DNA from: Malacoraja senta
Lineage: Eukaryota
Direction: 5' to 3'
NCBI GenBank assembly: GCA_038087875.1
Contig: CM075989.1
Span: forward strand, 5,022,001 to 5,086,000
DNA: 64,000 bases
Below the pieces are notes generated by a model, which was given only the letters and a program-made list of their open reading frames with translations, was not told the DNA's origin and did not search any database. Position numbers and translations under genes: made by a program. Shown here one piece after another: positions 11,703 through 25,620 of the stretch. Each line of letters starts with the position of its first letter. Position 1 is the stretch's first letter.

Positions 11703-12585
11703 CAGGCCCGGCCTTAAGCCAATTGGACCAATTGGGCCCTGTGCTAGAGTAATCTACTCTCGGCTCGGGTAGACCTACCCCGGGTGGAGGGGGGAGAGAG
11801 GGGTAGACGGGGAGGGGGTTGTGAGGGGGAATGGAGAAGGGAGGTGGGTCATTCCCTCACGGTCCTGGGGCAGCGCTCCCGCCCCTCCAGTCGCCGTGCT
11901 TCACGCACACAGCCCCGGCTCCACCCCTCTCTCTCCCCGGGGAGACGCGGTGAACAATACAGGGAGGGCCGGGCTAGGGGTTGGAGCAACGTTTACAGAC
12001 CTTGGCCTCAGCTCACACACGTCCGCCCGGACCCCGGCATCCGCTCCTGCCGCCGGCCCTCTCCCTCCCTTCTCTCCTTCCCTTCCCTCCCTCCCTCCCT
12101 CCCTTCCTCCCTCCCTCCCTCCCTTCTCTCTTTCCCTCCCTCCTTCTTCTCTCTCTTTTCCCTTCTCTCCTTCCCTCCCACACACACACACACATCACGC
12201 ACAGACAACTAACACACACACACACACACACACACAACTAAGTTAGGATGGGGTAGAATCCCAAAGGGTAGGTTTCCAGGATCTAGTTAATTAAATTACT
12301 TCTTTTTTTTTCATTTCACAGTCACTAAAACAAGTGATATTGTAACTATGTATTTTCCGAGGTGATCTACACATGTTGTTTGTTACTTGTAGGCTTACAT
12401 GTATGCAATTTTATATTAAAATGTCGCTTAGATCTGTTTGGTCCATTAACTCGGTCAATTAACTAACTTTTTAAGTCTATAATAAACTTTATTTGTATTT
12501 CTATGATTCTACAGACCTTGGCTGGGAACCTGGGGTTCACCAACATTGTTCCCAATTGGGCCCGCACCTCCTAAGGCCGGCCCTG
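11703..12585. mobile_element. hAT-like non-autonomous element carrying (CCCT)n and (CA)n tracts
   Basis: TIR CAGGCCCGGCCTTA / TAAGGCCGGCCCTG; degenerate 8-bp TSD ctacacgc/ctgcacac; interrupts an antisense CR1 fragment. Confidence 0.7.
12055..12236. repeat. (CCCT)n-like and (CA)n microsatellites
   Basis: Direct reading. Confidence 0.9.
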
Positions 12586-13005
12586 CTGCACACAACACTC
12601 CAAATATGTCCTAAACGACATCCTATTAAGCTGCATCAAGACTTTGTGATGCTTATACTCAATGCCCAGAGTGATGAAGGTGGAGATGCTGCCTGACCTG
12701 CCGAGTTACTCCAGCACTGTGTTTTCTTTGTAAACCCTCATCTGCAGTTCCTTGGATAGACACAAAATGCTGGAGTAACTCAGCGGGACAGGCAGCATCT
12801 CTGGAGAGAAGGAATGGGTGAGATTTAAACCAGCATCTGCAGTTTCCTTCCTACCCATGTGCAATTCCTTGTTCCTCTGTCTTTACCACACTATCTACAG
12901 TATCCATGTCGCTGCTTTCAGGGAGTTATGGACATGGACCCCAAGATCCTGTACATTAAAGGGCCTGGCATTAATTGCATACTTCCCTCTTGCATTCAAC
13001 ATGAT

Positions 13006-13308
13006 TCAAGAGATGCAGTGGGGAAACAGGCCCTTCGGCCCATCGAGTCTGCGACGACCAGCGATCCCCGTGAACCAGCATTATCCTACACACACCGGGA
13101 ACAATTTACTAATGTTACCAAACCCAATTAACCGACAAACTTGGACGTCTTTGGAGTGTGGGAGGAAACCGGAGCACCCGGGAAAAAACTCACGCAGTCC
13201 ATGGGGAGAACGTACTAACTCCGCACTGACAGCACCCATGGTCAGTTCGAACCTGGGTGTCTGTCGCTGTAAGGCAGCAACTCTACCGCTGCGCCACCGT
13301 GCCGCCCC
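13006..13308 (-). mobile_element. HE1-like SINE
   Basis: Same consensus. Confidence 0.8.
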
Positions 13309-14012
13309 TGATGTGAGATAGATTTGTGTTTCAGTGTGAGACGGGGTATGTTTTGTGATCTGAATATTTCTGGTGAACTGGAGTATGTCGAGGGTATCTG
13401 GGACTCACTCTCCCATCCACAAGATATCGCTTTGTACAACAAGGAACGTTAGAAATGCAAGCAGATGGGAACGGCATGTCAGTGGCTGGCCTGTCTTTCA
13501 TTAGCTGCTGGTCGCTTGTCATCGTGGTCATTCTTTAAAGGAGATAACTATATAATCATATGTACCCTGTCTCTCGTGTGAGGTAGCTTTGTTTCCACGT
13601 TTCCACGCACGCAGCCCAGCCCACAGAAATCATCTTATCAGGATGCATCTCAGCTTGGTTTGGGAATGGCTCCATCCAAGACCGCAAGAAATTGCAGCGA
13701 ATTGTGGACGCATGTCCCATCTACACTAGTTCTGCGTTTGGCCCTTATCCCTCCAAACCTGTCTAATCCATGTACCATTGTTCAATCCTCAGGTGATCTG
13801 GTTACCGCTGTGTCCCAAAGACGTGTGGGTTAGTCGGTTCATAGCCCCCTGTGTGAGGGTGAGTGGGCCACGACAATCTAGTGGGCATTGAGGAGAATAT
13901 GTAGTGAGTAAGCTTGGATTAGATTTGTGTACGATTGTGTCAATGGGTGGTTGCAGGTCAGTGCAGACTCGATGGGCCAAAGGGCCTGTTTCCATAGTAC
14001 ATCTCTGTGTGG

Positions 14013-14295
14013 TAGACACAAGAAGCTGGAGTAACTCAGCGGGTCAGGCAGCATCTCCGGAGAATAGGAACAGGTGACGTTTCGGGTCGAGACCCTTCAT
14101 CAGACACTCCTATCTCTCTGATCCTATTCCTAAATCTAGGCAGAACCATCACAGTAAAGTGTAGGTAGTCTGAAGGGTCTCGACCCGTAACGTCACCCAC
14201 TCCTTCTCTCCACAGATGCTGCCTGACCCACTGAGTTACTCCAGCATTTTGTGTCTACCAGCCATTTAAACCAGCATCTGACGTTCTTTCCTTCA
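14013..14295. mobile_element. Inverted pair of PLE ends with ~60-nt spacer
   Basis: Minus copy 14013-14105 and plus copy about 14167-14295. Confidence 0.7.
14076..14103 (-). ncRNA. Minimal hammerhead motif with canonical CUGAUGA core
   Basis: Reverse complement reads CTGATGAAGGGTCTCGACCCGAAACGTC. Confidence 0.75.
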
Positions 14296-16589
14296 CAGTC
14301 ACAGAATCTTGTACATCAAAAGGATTTCTCTCACGATGGCACTAAATGTCCTGCATTCAGTCCCTCATTCCAGACGTCAATAACATCAAGCCCCCCATTT
14401 TGCCTCGTCTAACCTCACCCTTCATCATTTTAAACACTTCTGTCAAATCAGGTATGGAAGAGTGAATTTCTCCTGTTCAAATGCAGACTCCGCTCTGAAT
14501 ACTGCCCCTGTCAGTGCAGAGCCAGAGAATTGCCTCTTGTACAGCATGGATGAAGGCCCCTGTATTTGCTGCAAACCCCAGGCCAGGGACTGGGGTCAGA
14601 TTCCTTCAGGAAATGAATGCTGATGCACTCGGACACATGCCAATGATTAAGAAACGTTGCCCCAGACAGCGGTCCATTGAGGTGTTTAATAACACCATAA
14701 TCACTCATTCTTCGGGGCCAGGGGTTCATTTCAAGGAATTTGCTGGAGAATGTTTAAGAGTTAACAGCGTCTGGGCCCTTCCCCACCTCCGTCATGTGCA
14801 GCATTCCTATCCCGATTACAGGCCCTAGGATTAGTGGAAGTCACACAACATCCAGGAAAGCTCACGGGCTTGCTTATCCCAGTGAGTTAGCCCGTGCCTG
14901 AACAAGGGTCTCAACCCGAAAACGCCAACTATTCCTTTTCTCCAGTGATAGGATACTGAGGAGTAACCTTTTCACACAAAGGGTGGTGGGTGTACGGAAC
15001 AAGCTGCCAGAGGAGGTAGTTGAGGCTGGGACTATCTATCCCCAACACTTAAGAAACAGTTAGACAGGTACGTGGATAGGACAGGTTTGGAGGGATGTGG
15101 ACCAAACGCGGGCAGGTGGGACTAGTGTAGCTGGGACATGTTGGCGGGTGTGGGCAAGTTGGGCCGAAGGGCTTGTTTCCACGCTGTATCACTCTATGCT
15201 GGCTGACCCGCTGAGTTACTCCAGCTTTTTGCATCTATCTTCGACTTAGCAAAAGGTTCAGTGGTTCCATATCTCTGAGAGAAAGGAACGCGAATGGAGT
15301 TAATGATTTAATCGTATATAGATGAGGTGATAATTCAACATTCAAATCGATCCTCAGACATTAAAATTCCCTCAAATCATTAGTTTCATAATGCACGCCA
15401 GTAGAAAATGGGTTTATTTTAATTTAATATGGAAACTAAAGACAATTCCTTTAGTATTTTTACGGCTTAAGGTTTCTCAAGGCTGTGTGCTTCTCCCCCT
15501 CCCTAACAAGGAGATTTTTATTACAAATTCACAGTTTACAAAGTAGACAATAGACAAATAGACAATAGGTGCAGGAGTAGGCCTTTCGCCCTTCGAGCCA
15601 GCACCGACTGTACTGCGTTAATCAAAAAAATAAAGAAACCATGTGGGAATACATCAGCGGGTCAGGCAGCATCTTTGGAGAACATGGATAGAAGATATTT
15701 TGGGTCGGACTCCCTACAATCAGATCGAAGAAGGGTCCCGACCCAAAACGTCACCAATCCATGTTCCCCAGGGATGCTGTCTCGACCTGAAACGTCACCC
15801 ATTCCTTCTCTCCAGAGATGTTGCCTGTCCAGCTGAGTTACTCCACTTTTTCTGTCTATCTTCATGCTGCCTTACCTGCTGAGTTACTCCGGCACTTTGT
15901 ATCATTTTATTATTTCATTTTATTTGTGAAACAGCATCCGCAGTTCCTTACAAAATGAGTGGGAAGGACGCTGGAGATAAAGACAAAATGCTGGATTAAC
16001 TAACCGGGTCAGGCAGCATCTCTGGAGAAAAGGAATAGATGACGTTTCGTGTCGAGACCCTTCTTCAGACCGAGTCAGGGAGAAGGAAACGAGAGAATAT
16101 GAACAGGTATGAAAACCTGAGATGCTGCCTGTCCGCTGAGTTACTCCAGCATTTTATGTGTATCTTTGGTGTAACCCAGCATCTGCAGTTCCTTCCTACA
16201 CATGAAAACTAAATCTTCTGCGCCTTTTCATCCCTCTGGTTTCCCTCTCCCCTGATTCTCAGTCTGAAGAAGGGTCTCGACCCGAAATATCACCTATTCC
16301 TTTTCTCCAGAGATGCTGCCTGAGTTACTCCAGCATTCTGGATCCATCTGCAGTTTCTTATTTCTACCGCATTCATCAAAACAGCAGTTCATGCAGTTTG
16401 CAAACATCGACCATCAGAATACAACATTGTCTGCCCTATCCGCAACGCACTCCGAGCCCCCTTGACACCTGCGTTCACGGAAGGCCTCCAAATTCCCCGT
16501 GGACACGGCATGCTCCCTCTCCTGTGGCACATGGGCACAGACATATGGTCTGGAATAGGGGCAGGCAGTCTACTCGGGTAGAAGCCTCA

Positions 16590-17111
16590 AGGGGCTGTCC
16601 CACTTGGGCGACCTAATTGGCGAGTTTAGAAGAGTTTGAAAAAATAACATGTAGACCTCCTTCGACTATGTTGAAGACCAGCTTCGACTAGCTACGACTA
16701 ACTTCGGGAAAATTGGACACCGAATAGTGGAGAGTGAAGACGACCTCCTTCGACCTCCCTTCGACCTCCCTTCGACCTCCCTTCGACTACGATGAAGACT
16801 ATCTACGATTACCTTCAACTATCCTCGATTACCTACGACTAACATGCCGACCTATTACGACCAACTACGACTAACCTACAAGTAAAAAAAGTATCGTTTT
16901 TTTGCATGGCAACCTTTTTTTACTCACGGGCATTTTTCAACATGTTGAAAAATACGCCGCGACCTAGCTGAGGCCTCGAGTACACGGGGACCACTCTCGA
17001 GCATGAAGGAGAGTTACGAAGACCTCCTAGGACCTCGTGTCGACCGTGCTGTGAGTATGAGGGCAAACTCGCCAGAACTCGTGGATTAGGTCCCCAAGTG
17101 GGACAGCCCCT
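16590..17111. mobile_element. PIF/Harbinger-like MITE
   Basis: TIR AGGGGCTGTCCCACTTGGG..ACCTAAT; 3-bp TSD TCA on both sides; CpG-rich interior with CCTTCGACCTC and CTACGA repeats. Confidence 0.8.
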
Positions 17112-17514
17112 TCAGGCTGCGCCGCAGTAATGTGAACAGACAGCAGAGGGTGCTAGAGGCCCACCACTTGCAGCAACCTGCCTCTGATGGTCTCAAGTGG
17201 CTGATTTTTAACAAACAAGATCAAATTAACAGACTGTTTCACTGCTCGTAAATCTGCCATTGAATGTTTGCGCAAAGAGCTTTAACATGTGTACAGGGTG
17301 TTTGGAATACAATGTACAGAGATCAATCCACACCTCCACTTGTGGGAAAAATAACAGCGAAGAGGCATATTGAAATCCTGGCTGTGAACTCTTAGAACTG
17401 AGCACATTGAGTAGACTTAGAGAGGTTCAAGTGAAGCTGTTACCCCGCCTGTGACTCAGGTTAAAAGTGCGATGGCACGCAGGGACAGATAATTCTCCGG
17501 GTACCTAAAGTGTT

Positions 17515-17827
17515 GGGCGGCACGGTGGCACAGAGGTAGGGTTTCTGCCTTACGAAGCCAGAGACCCGGGTTCAATCCTGACCACGGGTGCTGTCTGTAC
17601 GGAGTTTGTACGTGCGTTCTCCCCATGACCACGTGGGTTTTCTCCGGGTACTCCGGTTTCCTCCCACACTCCAAAGACGTACAGGTTTGTAGGTTAATTG
17701 ACTTCAGAAAAATTGTAAATTGTCACGAGTGTGATGTCGGATAGTGCTAGTGTGTGGGGATCGCTGGTCGGCGTAGACCCAGTGGGCCGAAGGGCCTGTT
17801 TCTGCGCTGTTTAAAACTAATCTAAAC
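17515..17827 (+). mobile_element. HE1-like SINE, full length
   Basis: Same consensus with A/B boxes. Confidence 0.85.
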
Positions 17828-18329
17828 TGCTTCACCTTTCCAATTTCAGTCCATTGCTTTGGGATACAGGATGTCATAAAACATGCACATTTAACTCAGT
17901 AGAATCAAGGAACTGCAGACACTGGTTTACAAAAAATAAAAAGGCACCAAGTACTGGAGTGACTCAGCAGGTCAGGCAGCATCTCTGGAGACATGGAAAG
18001 GTGACGTTTTGAGTTGGGACCCTTCTTCATCTAATTTAAATCTACTGTTCATCACCGTGGTTGAGGCACTATCTAGAAAAATCAGGAACTCCGAATCAAA
18101 TTTTAACAAGTATTCAGTTTTTTCTCGCACAAACACACCCCATCTCGATTAACCAATGTAACACAGATAAAAGATATAGTTTGATAGGCTTGAGTAACTC
18201 AGCGGGTCAGCGAGCATCTCTGGATCGATTTTCTCCATAGATGCTGCCTGACCCGCTGGGTTACTCCAGCGTTTTGTGTCTGTCTTTGGTATAAACCGCC
18301 ATCTTTGTTTCTGAAAGAATATGGACCAG

Positions 18330-18645
18330 ACTTTAGAGATGCAGCGCGGACACGAGCCCTTTGGAGCCCCACGTCCGCACTGACCAGCGCACCACACGAG
18401 CCCTTTGGAGCCCCAAGTCTGCACTGACCAGCGCACCACACGAGCGCTGTCCTACACATTAGGGACAATTTACAGAAGGCAATTTACCTACAAACCTGTA
18501 CATCTTTAGAGTGTGGAAGGAAACCGGAGCGCCCGGAGAAAACCCATGCAGGTCACAGGGAGAAAGTACAAACTGCACAAACATCACCCGTAGTCAGGAT
18601 CAAACCTGGGTCTCCGTAAGGCAGCAACTCCACCACTGTGCCACA
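18330..18645 (-). mobile_element. HE1-like SINE with internal 44-bp tandem duplication (18351-18445)
   Basis: cacgagccctttggagcccc...cagcgcacca repeated at period 44. Confidence 0.75.
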
Positions 18646-19623
18646 GTTTCTATGCTGTTTAATGATGGAGCCATCAAGGAGGATACTGTGAAATTGCTGC
18701 ACAGATAACATGTTCTTGCAGGATTCACTTTTTGAAAATGGTTTCAGTTACAAAGATTTAATTGTTAAAAGGGTTTTTTTTTTGACAGGTGCTGCTTTAA
18801 TTGTGGACTGATCTCAGTGCAGTTACTGACCGCAATAGTGAACACAAAACGGGTTGTGGACTTTTCTTTGGTGCAAGATGTTTATACACTTTCTCCAGCT
18901 CATTGTTTGTGCTGTAGCACAGATCTGCGATAAGTTCAGGAACTTACAATGAGCAAGGGGTGAAGCTACCTATACATGGATTTGTTTGGCTGTTGCAGCT
19001 GGCTGCCAGAGACACAGACACAGACGGAGTCAAGAGTCTGGGACTCACAGAGAGGAGGAAATGTGAGCTTTATCAGAGAGTGGTGACAGACTCTAAATTA
19101 AATTGCCTCAGAGTTAGAGCCCGTACACTGTGGACGGGTTGCTTATAATATGTACTTACTCGAAAGCACACAGCAAAAAGCTTTTCACTGTACCATGTGG
19201 TTACATGTGGCAAGATATTAAACTTAACTAATCGCCACACGTGGGGTTAGTATAGATTGGCATGATGGGCGGCATTAGAGCGATGGGCCAAATGGACTGC
19301 TTCTCTGCAGTATCAATTACTCATGTATTAAAGCTGTAACCCAATACAAAACATTGTCTGTCCATTCCCTCCACAGACGCTGCCTGACAAGCTGTGATCG
19401 TCCAGCACTTTGTTTTTTTATTAACCATTCGTCTTCCTGGCTTTTGGCTTTTAGGGACTTTGGGTAAAAGACACCCTTTGAACTTCAACGGTTCTCAATC
19501 TCTCTGACTAGAACAGAGGTGGTGGCCTCAGCAAGGCCAGCAACATAATCAAGGACCAGTCTCACCCTGGTCACTCCCTCTTCTCCCTTCCCCCCTCTCC
19601 CACCGGGCAAGAGGTACAGAAGT

Positions 19624-20666
19624 TAGCAATGTTACAAAATTTTGAGATTTTAAAAATCAAGTCTGCAATTTATCCCATCAGATAAAGCATAAAAAGAAGT
19701 TTAATTTGACACCTAATTCACTTTCATATCTTCAGTATTAAAAACGTTATGGCCATTTTCATACTCGGAAATTAGCATCTTGTTCCCTATTGCTTTTCCA
19801 TTGACAACTCAAAAGCTGTGATCAAGGACAGTCAAAAGCCCATAACTTTCTTAAAAATTAAGAGAACTTAATGAAATTTTCAGTTATTATAGATTGAAGC
19901 ATTCTGAAACAAATATGAAACAATCTTACTTGGATGACCTGAAATTAAAGCATATAATTAGCTAGTTACCCAATTGTAGCTAATTACAAAATTCAATTAC
20001 TAGATCTAAATATCTATCCATTTCTTAAGAAAAAGTTAACATTTTTAAAAAGCCTAAGTGTCCAAATAACATTCACACAAGAATTCACAATATAACATTA
20101 TTTTTAAATCTCATTGTCATTAATTTATAGACCAAATGGAAGGAATTTGCTGTTTAATTCCTGTAAATTAATGGGCATTTAAATCATCTTGCGAGTGGGA
20201 TTTTGTGGAACGCGCTGGTTTGGAACTTTGCGGTTGCAGTGAATTAAACCCCAATATCGGCAGGAAAAATATTGCCGGTTGGTATATTTAAATAATCACA
20301 TTTTCGCAACTTGAAATTTTTATTAAAGGCATCCTAAGAAGCAAGTTTATATGAAAAAATAAACGGTGTACCTTGCCTTGTCCCATGCGTGAAATCCGTC
20401 CCCGTTGTCGGCGTTGACGGCATTTGAAGATGACTTTAATTTTACTCCAACAATTAAATTATAAAGCGCTAATTTTAATAAACTTAATAAAACGGCAGTC
20501 AAAGCGATTTTTCTCTAGCAGCTAATTTACCCGACAGACATCGATTTGAATAGGCTGCCGAAATATAGCATTTTAAACCCGCCCCCTTCTCAAAGGCGCC
20601 AAAGTCGCGCACACGGGCAGTGACAGAACTGCAGCGCCGCTGAAGGTAAGTTTTGTAACATACCTA
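19624..20666. mobile_element. ~1.04-kb non-autonomous TIR DNA transposon
   Basis: TAGCAATGTTACAAAA / TTTTGTAACATACCTA termini; CAGAAGT duplicated on both sides; interrupts a LINE 3' fragment. Confidence 0.75.
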
Positions 20667-22845
20667 CAGAAGTGCGAAATCGCACACCTCCAGATTCAGG
20701 GACAGTTTCTTCCCAGCTGTTATCAGGCAACTGAACCATCCTACCACAACTAGAGAGCAGTGCTGAGCTACTATCTACCTCATTGGACCTCGGACTATCT
20801 GTAATGGACTTTCTATTGCACTAAACGTTATTCCCTTTATCCTGTATCTGTACACAGTGGACAGCTTGCTTGTAACATGTAGTCCTTCTACAGACTGGAT
20901 AGCAGGCAACAAAAAATCTTTTCACTGTACCTGATGTGATAATAAACTCAAGTAATCACCACAAGGTGGGACACACATTGGAGAGAGCGGTGGAGCGGGA
21001 CTGGCGATGGGTTTGAAAAGTAAATTGAAAGAATTCTAAATTTATTTGTCACAAATGCAAATTCACAGTGAGATTCATTTTGCATATATTACACATGCTG
21101 GCGCTGATGTTATTGCCACTATTATTCAAAGTTCAAAGTTCGGTCGATGTACTGGAGTAGTTCCCGTGTTCCCTCTCCTCTCCTCTCCTCTCCTGGCCAT
21201 CTTTGTGTCCTGGGGCTGCCTCCTGCAGCCGACCTCGAAGGTGCTGGAGACATTACCCCGGTTCACTCTCCCACGAGCCCTTGCTCCTCGCTCCTCGCTC
21301 CTCACGTCCAGTGTCTCCTGCTCCCACCCAGACAATAAATCACCCCACATCCTGCAGCCCCACATCACCCCCATAATGCTGCAGTTGTCTGGAAATCTCC
21401 GACTCACAGAGACACCACAGCAGGTAACAGCAAAATTAATCACCTTCAACGACTAGCGATGCATGCGAGGCAAAGGGCAGGACTGTCGGGGACGTCAGCA
21501 GCTTTAGGTTCATTATTGTCACGTGTACCGAGGTGCGGTGAAAAGCTCATTTTTGAATAATATCCAAAAGGCCAGTTAATGTGTAGGAAGGAACTGCAGA
21601 TGCTGGTTTAAACCGAAGATAGACACAAAATACTGGAGTAACTCAGCGGGACAGACAGCAGACCATCAGTTCGAAGAAGGGTCTCGACCCAAAACGTCAC
21701 CCAGTCCTTCTCTGCAGAGATGCTGCCTGACCCGCTGAGTTACTCCAGCATTTTGTGTCTATAGACCAGATCATGCAAAAACATAAATGCAATCAAGCTC
21801 GATAGCTGGAGCGAAGGTGAAGGTGAAGATACAGATTGCACGATAGAGTTCTCAGCATTGTAGCGCCCCAGTTCCAGAGACAAGATCCAATGTTCCCAAT
21901 GGGGTAGAGGTGAATCGGACAGCACCCCAGCTTATCAAAGAACCTGTTCCCAAGTCAGATGATGTGTGCCATCAAGCTCCTGTATCTTCTGTCCCGATGG
22001 AGTAGCTCGAAAAAATAATGAGCAGGCTGGGATAAGTGTTTGATTATGTTGGCTGCTTTTCCCAGGCACCCCAAAGTGTAGATGGAATCAATGGTGGGAG
22101 GTCTGGGCCATGTGATGGACTGGGCCACATCTACAACTCTCTGTGCTCCTGAGCTCAAAGTAAACACAGGTCCATGCATGTTTACAGACAATACTCGTGC
22201 TCACATCTCCTGGTCTCTATTTAGTCCCATTCTCGTTTCATTTGACACGACTTTTATGCACGTACCTTCCCTAACAGACGACACAGTGGCGCCGCTGGTA
22301 GAGTTGCTGCCTCATAGCACCAGAGAACTGGGTACGATCTTGACCTCAGGTACTGGCTGTCTGCTGTTGCTCCCTGGAACCACATGTGTTCCCTCCAGGT
22401 GCTCCACACACCGTAAAAAAGGGACTCGACCCGAAACGTCGCCCAGAGATTCTGCCTGACCCGCTGAATTACTCCAGCTTTTTGTGTCTATCTTCGGTTT
22501 AAACCAGCACCTGCAGTTCCTTCCTACACATATTAAAGACGCGTGGGTTTGTAGGTTAATTGGCCTCCAGCGTGTATGGAATGGATGCGAAAGTGGGATA
22601 AAATTGTACTCGTGAATGGCTGATCGATGGTTGGTGCGAACTTAGTGGGCTGAAGGGCCTGTTTCCGTGCTGTATCTAGAACCTAAACCAAAGCGGCATT
22701 TCCTCCAACCCTGTATCCAATGTGCAGATGCCGAATTCACCACACGATCGTCCACAATGTATTCTTTCACAGACTCTGAGACACACGCCCAGCTACCATG
22801 ATGCTACGTTTAACTGGACATTGGCTGTATGTATTGATTCCCCTG

Positions 22846-23140
22846 TTTAGTTCAGATATACAGTGCGGAAACAGGCCCTTCGGCCCACCGACTCAGCGCC
22901 GACCAGCGATCCCCACACACTAAGGCTGTCCTACACACACTAGGGACAATTTACATTTACACCCCAAGCCAATTAACCTACAAACCTGTACGTCTTTAGA
23001 GTGTGGGAGGAAACCGAAGATCTCGGAGAAAACCCGCGCAGGTCACGGGGAGAACGTGCAAACTCCGTACAGACAGCACCCGCAGTCAGGTCTCTGCCGC
23101 TGTAATGTAGTAACTCTCCCGCTGCGCCACCGTGCCGCCC
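22846..23140 (-). mobile_element. HE1-like SINE
   Basis: Same consensus; an opposite-strand interrupted copy lies at ~22276-22692. Confidence 0.8.
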
Positions 23141-23937
23141 ATTTGAAGATTGAACGCCCATGTTGAATGGCTACGCTGTGGCAAGCCAAACAAACAAAGT
23201 GTTTGAAAGAGCTAAGGGTGAACGAAGCTCAGGATCCCAGGACTGACACCCCCAGGCTGAATGTAACAGAAACATTGAGTGTAATACGAGTTGGCTGAAT
23301 TTACAGGCTGATAATATAACTCAGCTAATTCCTGCTGTTTAAATGTTTGTTTAACTATGGAACAGATGTTTGTGGAATAGTCTGGACAAATAACACTACA
23401 TCTGGCAGGCAGCTGAACTGGGAAAGGGCTGAATGAACAAGTGTGGATAACAATGGGATGAAGCCGGGTCACAAGCGCGCCGGTTGCAATATTTCCACTG
23501 CTGGAATGTGCTGCAAGATTAATAGTGATGATCGCGGCATCAGAGTTGTGTAATGCGAACAGCTTAAAGTTATTGGCTGCGAAAGATTTGGAAAATTAGT
23601 AGAGTTTGAAGAAAATTGGTTCAGTGTTTGCCCATTGTTAGGTATTTGAAGAGGCATTTTTCTAGTGAAACATGAGAAACATTTAACTATGTCGTTTTAT
23701 ATATTTTATATATTTTTTTTAATCCAGTTTATCTTTGCTGATATGTGCGGCTTATTGCTGTAGTATTTTGCATTAGGCAATTTAATTTCTATCTTCCTGC
23801 ATCTGATTATTGTTAATCATAGAGTCAAAAATAGATTGGACAGCTTGCGTCGAACTAGTTTTGATTGACCATTGCAAATAATAAATTAATTTGATACAGA
23901 GACATTTGGTATTTAATGTTTACGGTGCAGGAATTTC

Positions 23938-24270
23938 TTTCAGTTCAGTTTTAAAGATACAGCACAGACAAAGGCACTTCGGCCCATCGAGTTAACACCA
24001 ACCATCGACCACCCATTCACACAAGTTCTATTTTTATCCCACTTTCCCATCCACTCCCGACACACTAGGGGAAATTTTAAGAGGCCAATTAACCCACAAA
24101 AACACACACGTCTTTGGGACGTGGGAGGAAACTGGAACACCTGGAGGAAACCCACGCGGTCACAGGGAGAGCGTGCAAACTCCACACAGACAGTCCGTGA
24201 GGTCAGGATCGAACCGGGGTCTATGACACTGTGAGGCAGTGGCACTACCCGCTGCACTACTCTGCTGCCC
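23938..24270 (-). mobile_element. HE1-like SINE
   Basis: Same consensus, variant subfamily. Confidence 0.8.
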
Positions 24271-24739
24271 TTGTCTCATGCATTGACCCTTGAACCTAGA
24301 TCAAATGCCAGCAACCCTCACTGCATCTGCTATCCTACACTACACAATGGGAGATTATTTAAATGCAATGACATGACTTGTTTAGAATAGGCATTACATT
24401 TGAAAGCATACATCCTTTCTGAACTTGTACTAGTAACACGTTGCAGGTCAACGATGGAAGAGAGATCTCGCACCAAACCAAACCTCCTCGTGCTTCCACC
24501 ATTTATACGAGCGCTGCCAGGATTTTCAGCCACAGTTTCGAGACCCGTCCCAGAACTTCCTTCCACCCGCCCCCAGGACCAATCCAAGAATTATTTCCCC
24601 TGCCTCCCAAACTTCCCACCACTGGTCCACAGGCCTGCAATTCCTCCTGCCTCCACCACAGCCCAGAGTCTGATAGTCCACAGAAAAAGCTGCAGTTACT
24701 CAGCGGGTCACACAGCATCTCCGGAGGAAAGGAATGGGT

Positions 24740-24767
24740 GACGTTTCGGGTTGAGACCCTTCTTCAG
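24740..24767 (-). ncRNA. Minimal hammerhead motif
   Basis: Reverse complement CTGAAGAAGGGTCTCAACCCGAAACGTC; GGGT/ACCC helix II. Confidence 0.65.
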
Positions 24768-25620
24768 ACTTCCACAGCTAACTCCCCTCCTTCTAGGTTC
24801 TGGGACTACGTTGACAAAAAATGCTGGAGAACCTCAGCGGGTGAGGCAGCATCTATGGAGAGAAGGAATAGGTGACGTTTTGGGGTCGAGACCCTTCTTC
24901 AGACGTTCTCCCTCTACGTTCTGTTCAGATGCGACTCCAGAGCGGGCGGGAACTTTGCCGCCACAGTCCCTCGCTCTTCCATCCGACGGACTCTCCCGTG
25001 AATATTGAGAGGCCCATCACATGTATGAACAACCACACTGGGACAATCACTACTAAAGCATCAGCAAAGGCAGGGCATCTTCCAGACGAGCAGAAAAACA
25101 GATTTGCCAAATGTGTTCAGAAGTGTACAAATCATGAGAAGAATAGATGGGGTCGACGCACAAGATTCCCCTGCCTTGAGTAGGGGAATGGAGAACCAGA
25201 GGACATGGATTTAAGGTGATGGGGGAAAGATTTAATAGGAACCTGAGGGGTCACTTTTTCACGCAAAGGGTGGTGGGTGTATGGAACGAGCTGCCGGAGG
25301 AGGTAGTTGAGGCTGGGACTATCACAACATTTACACAGGTACATGGATAAGACAGGTTTGGAGGGATATGGACCAGACGCAAGCAGGTGGGACTAGTATA
25401 GATGGGACATGTTGGTCGGTGTTGGCAAGTTGGGCCGAAGGACCTGTTTCCCCGCTGTAAGACTCTATTACTCTGTACAGCAGAAGCAACAGTGAATCAG
25501 TCCAGGTGAAGAGTCTCGATGTAATACACCGTATGTCCATTCCCTCCACAGATCCTGACCTGTTGAGTTCCTCCAGCTGATCTCCAGTTTTGCTCCAGAT
25601 TCCACCATCTGCAGTCTGTC

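Noticed and set aside
11784..12246. Several ORFs of up to 142 aa
   Set aside because: Translations of microsatellites.
16740..16875. Short CGAC-type repeats resembling an array (CRISPR-like)
   Set aside because: No unique spacers; internal repeats of a MITE present twice in the window; vertebrate DNA.
17515..17590. tRNA-like A/B boxes
   Set aside because: Head of an HE1-type SINE, not a complete cloverleaf gene; the same applies to the other copies.
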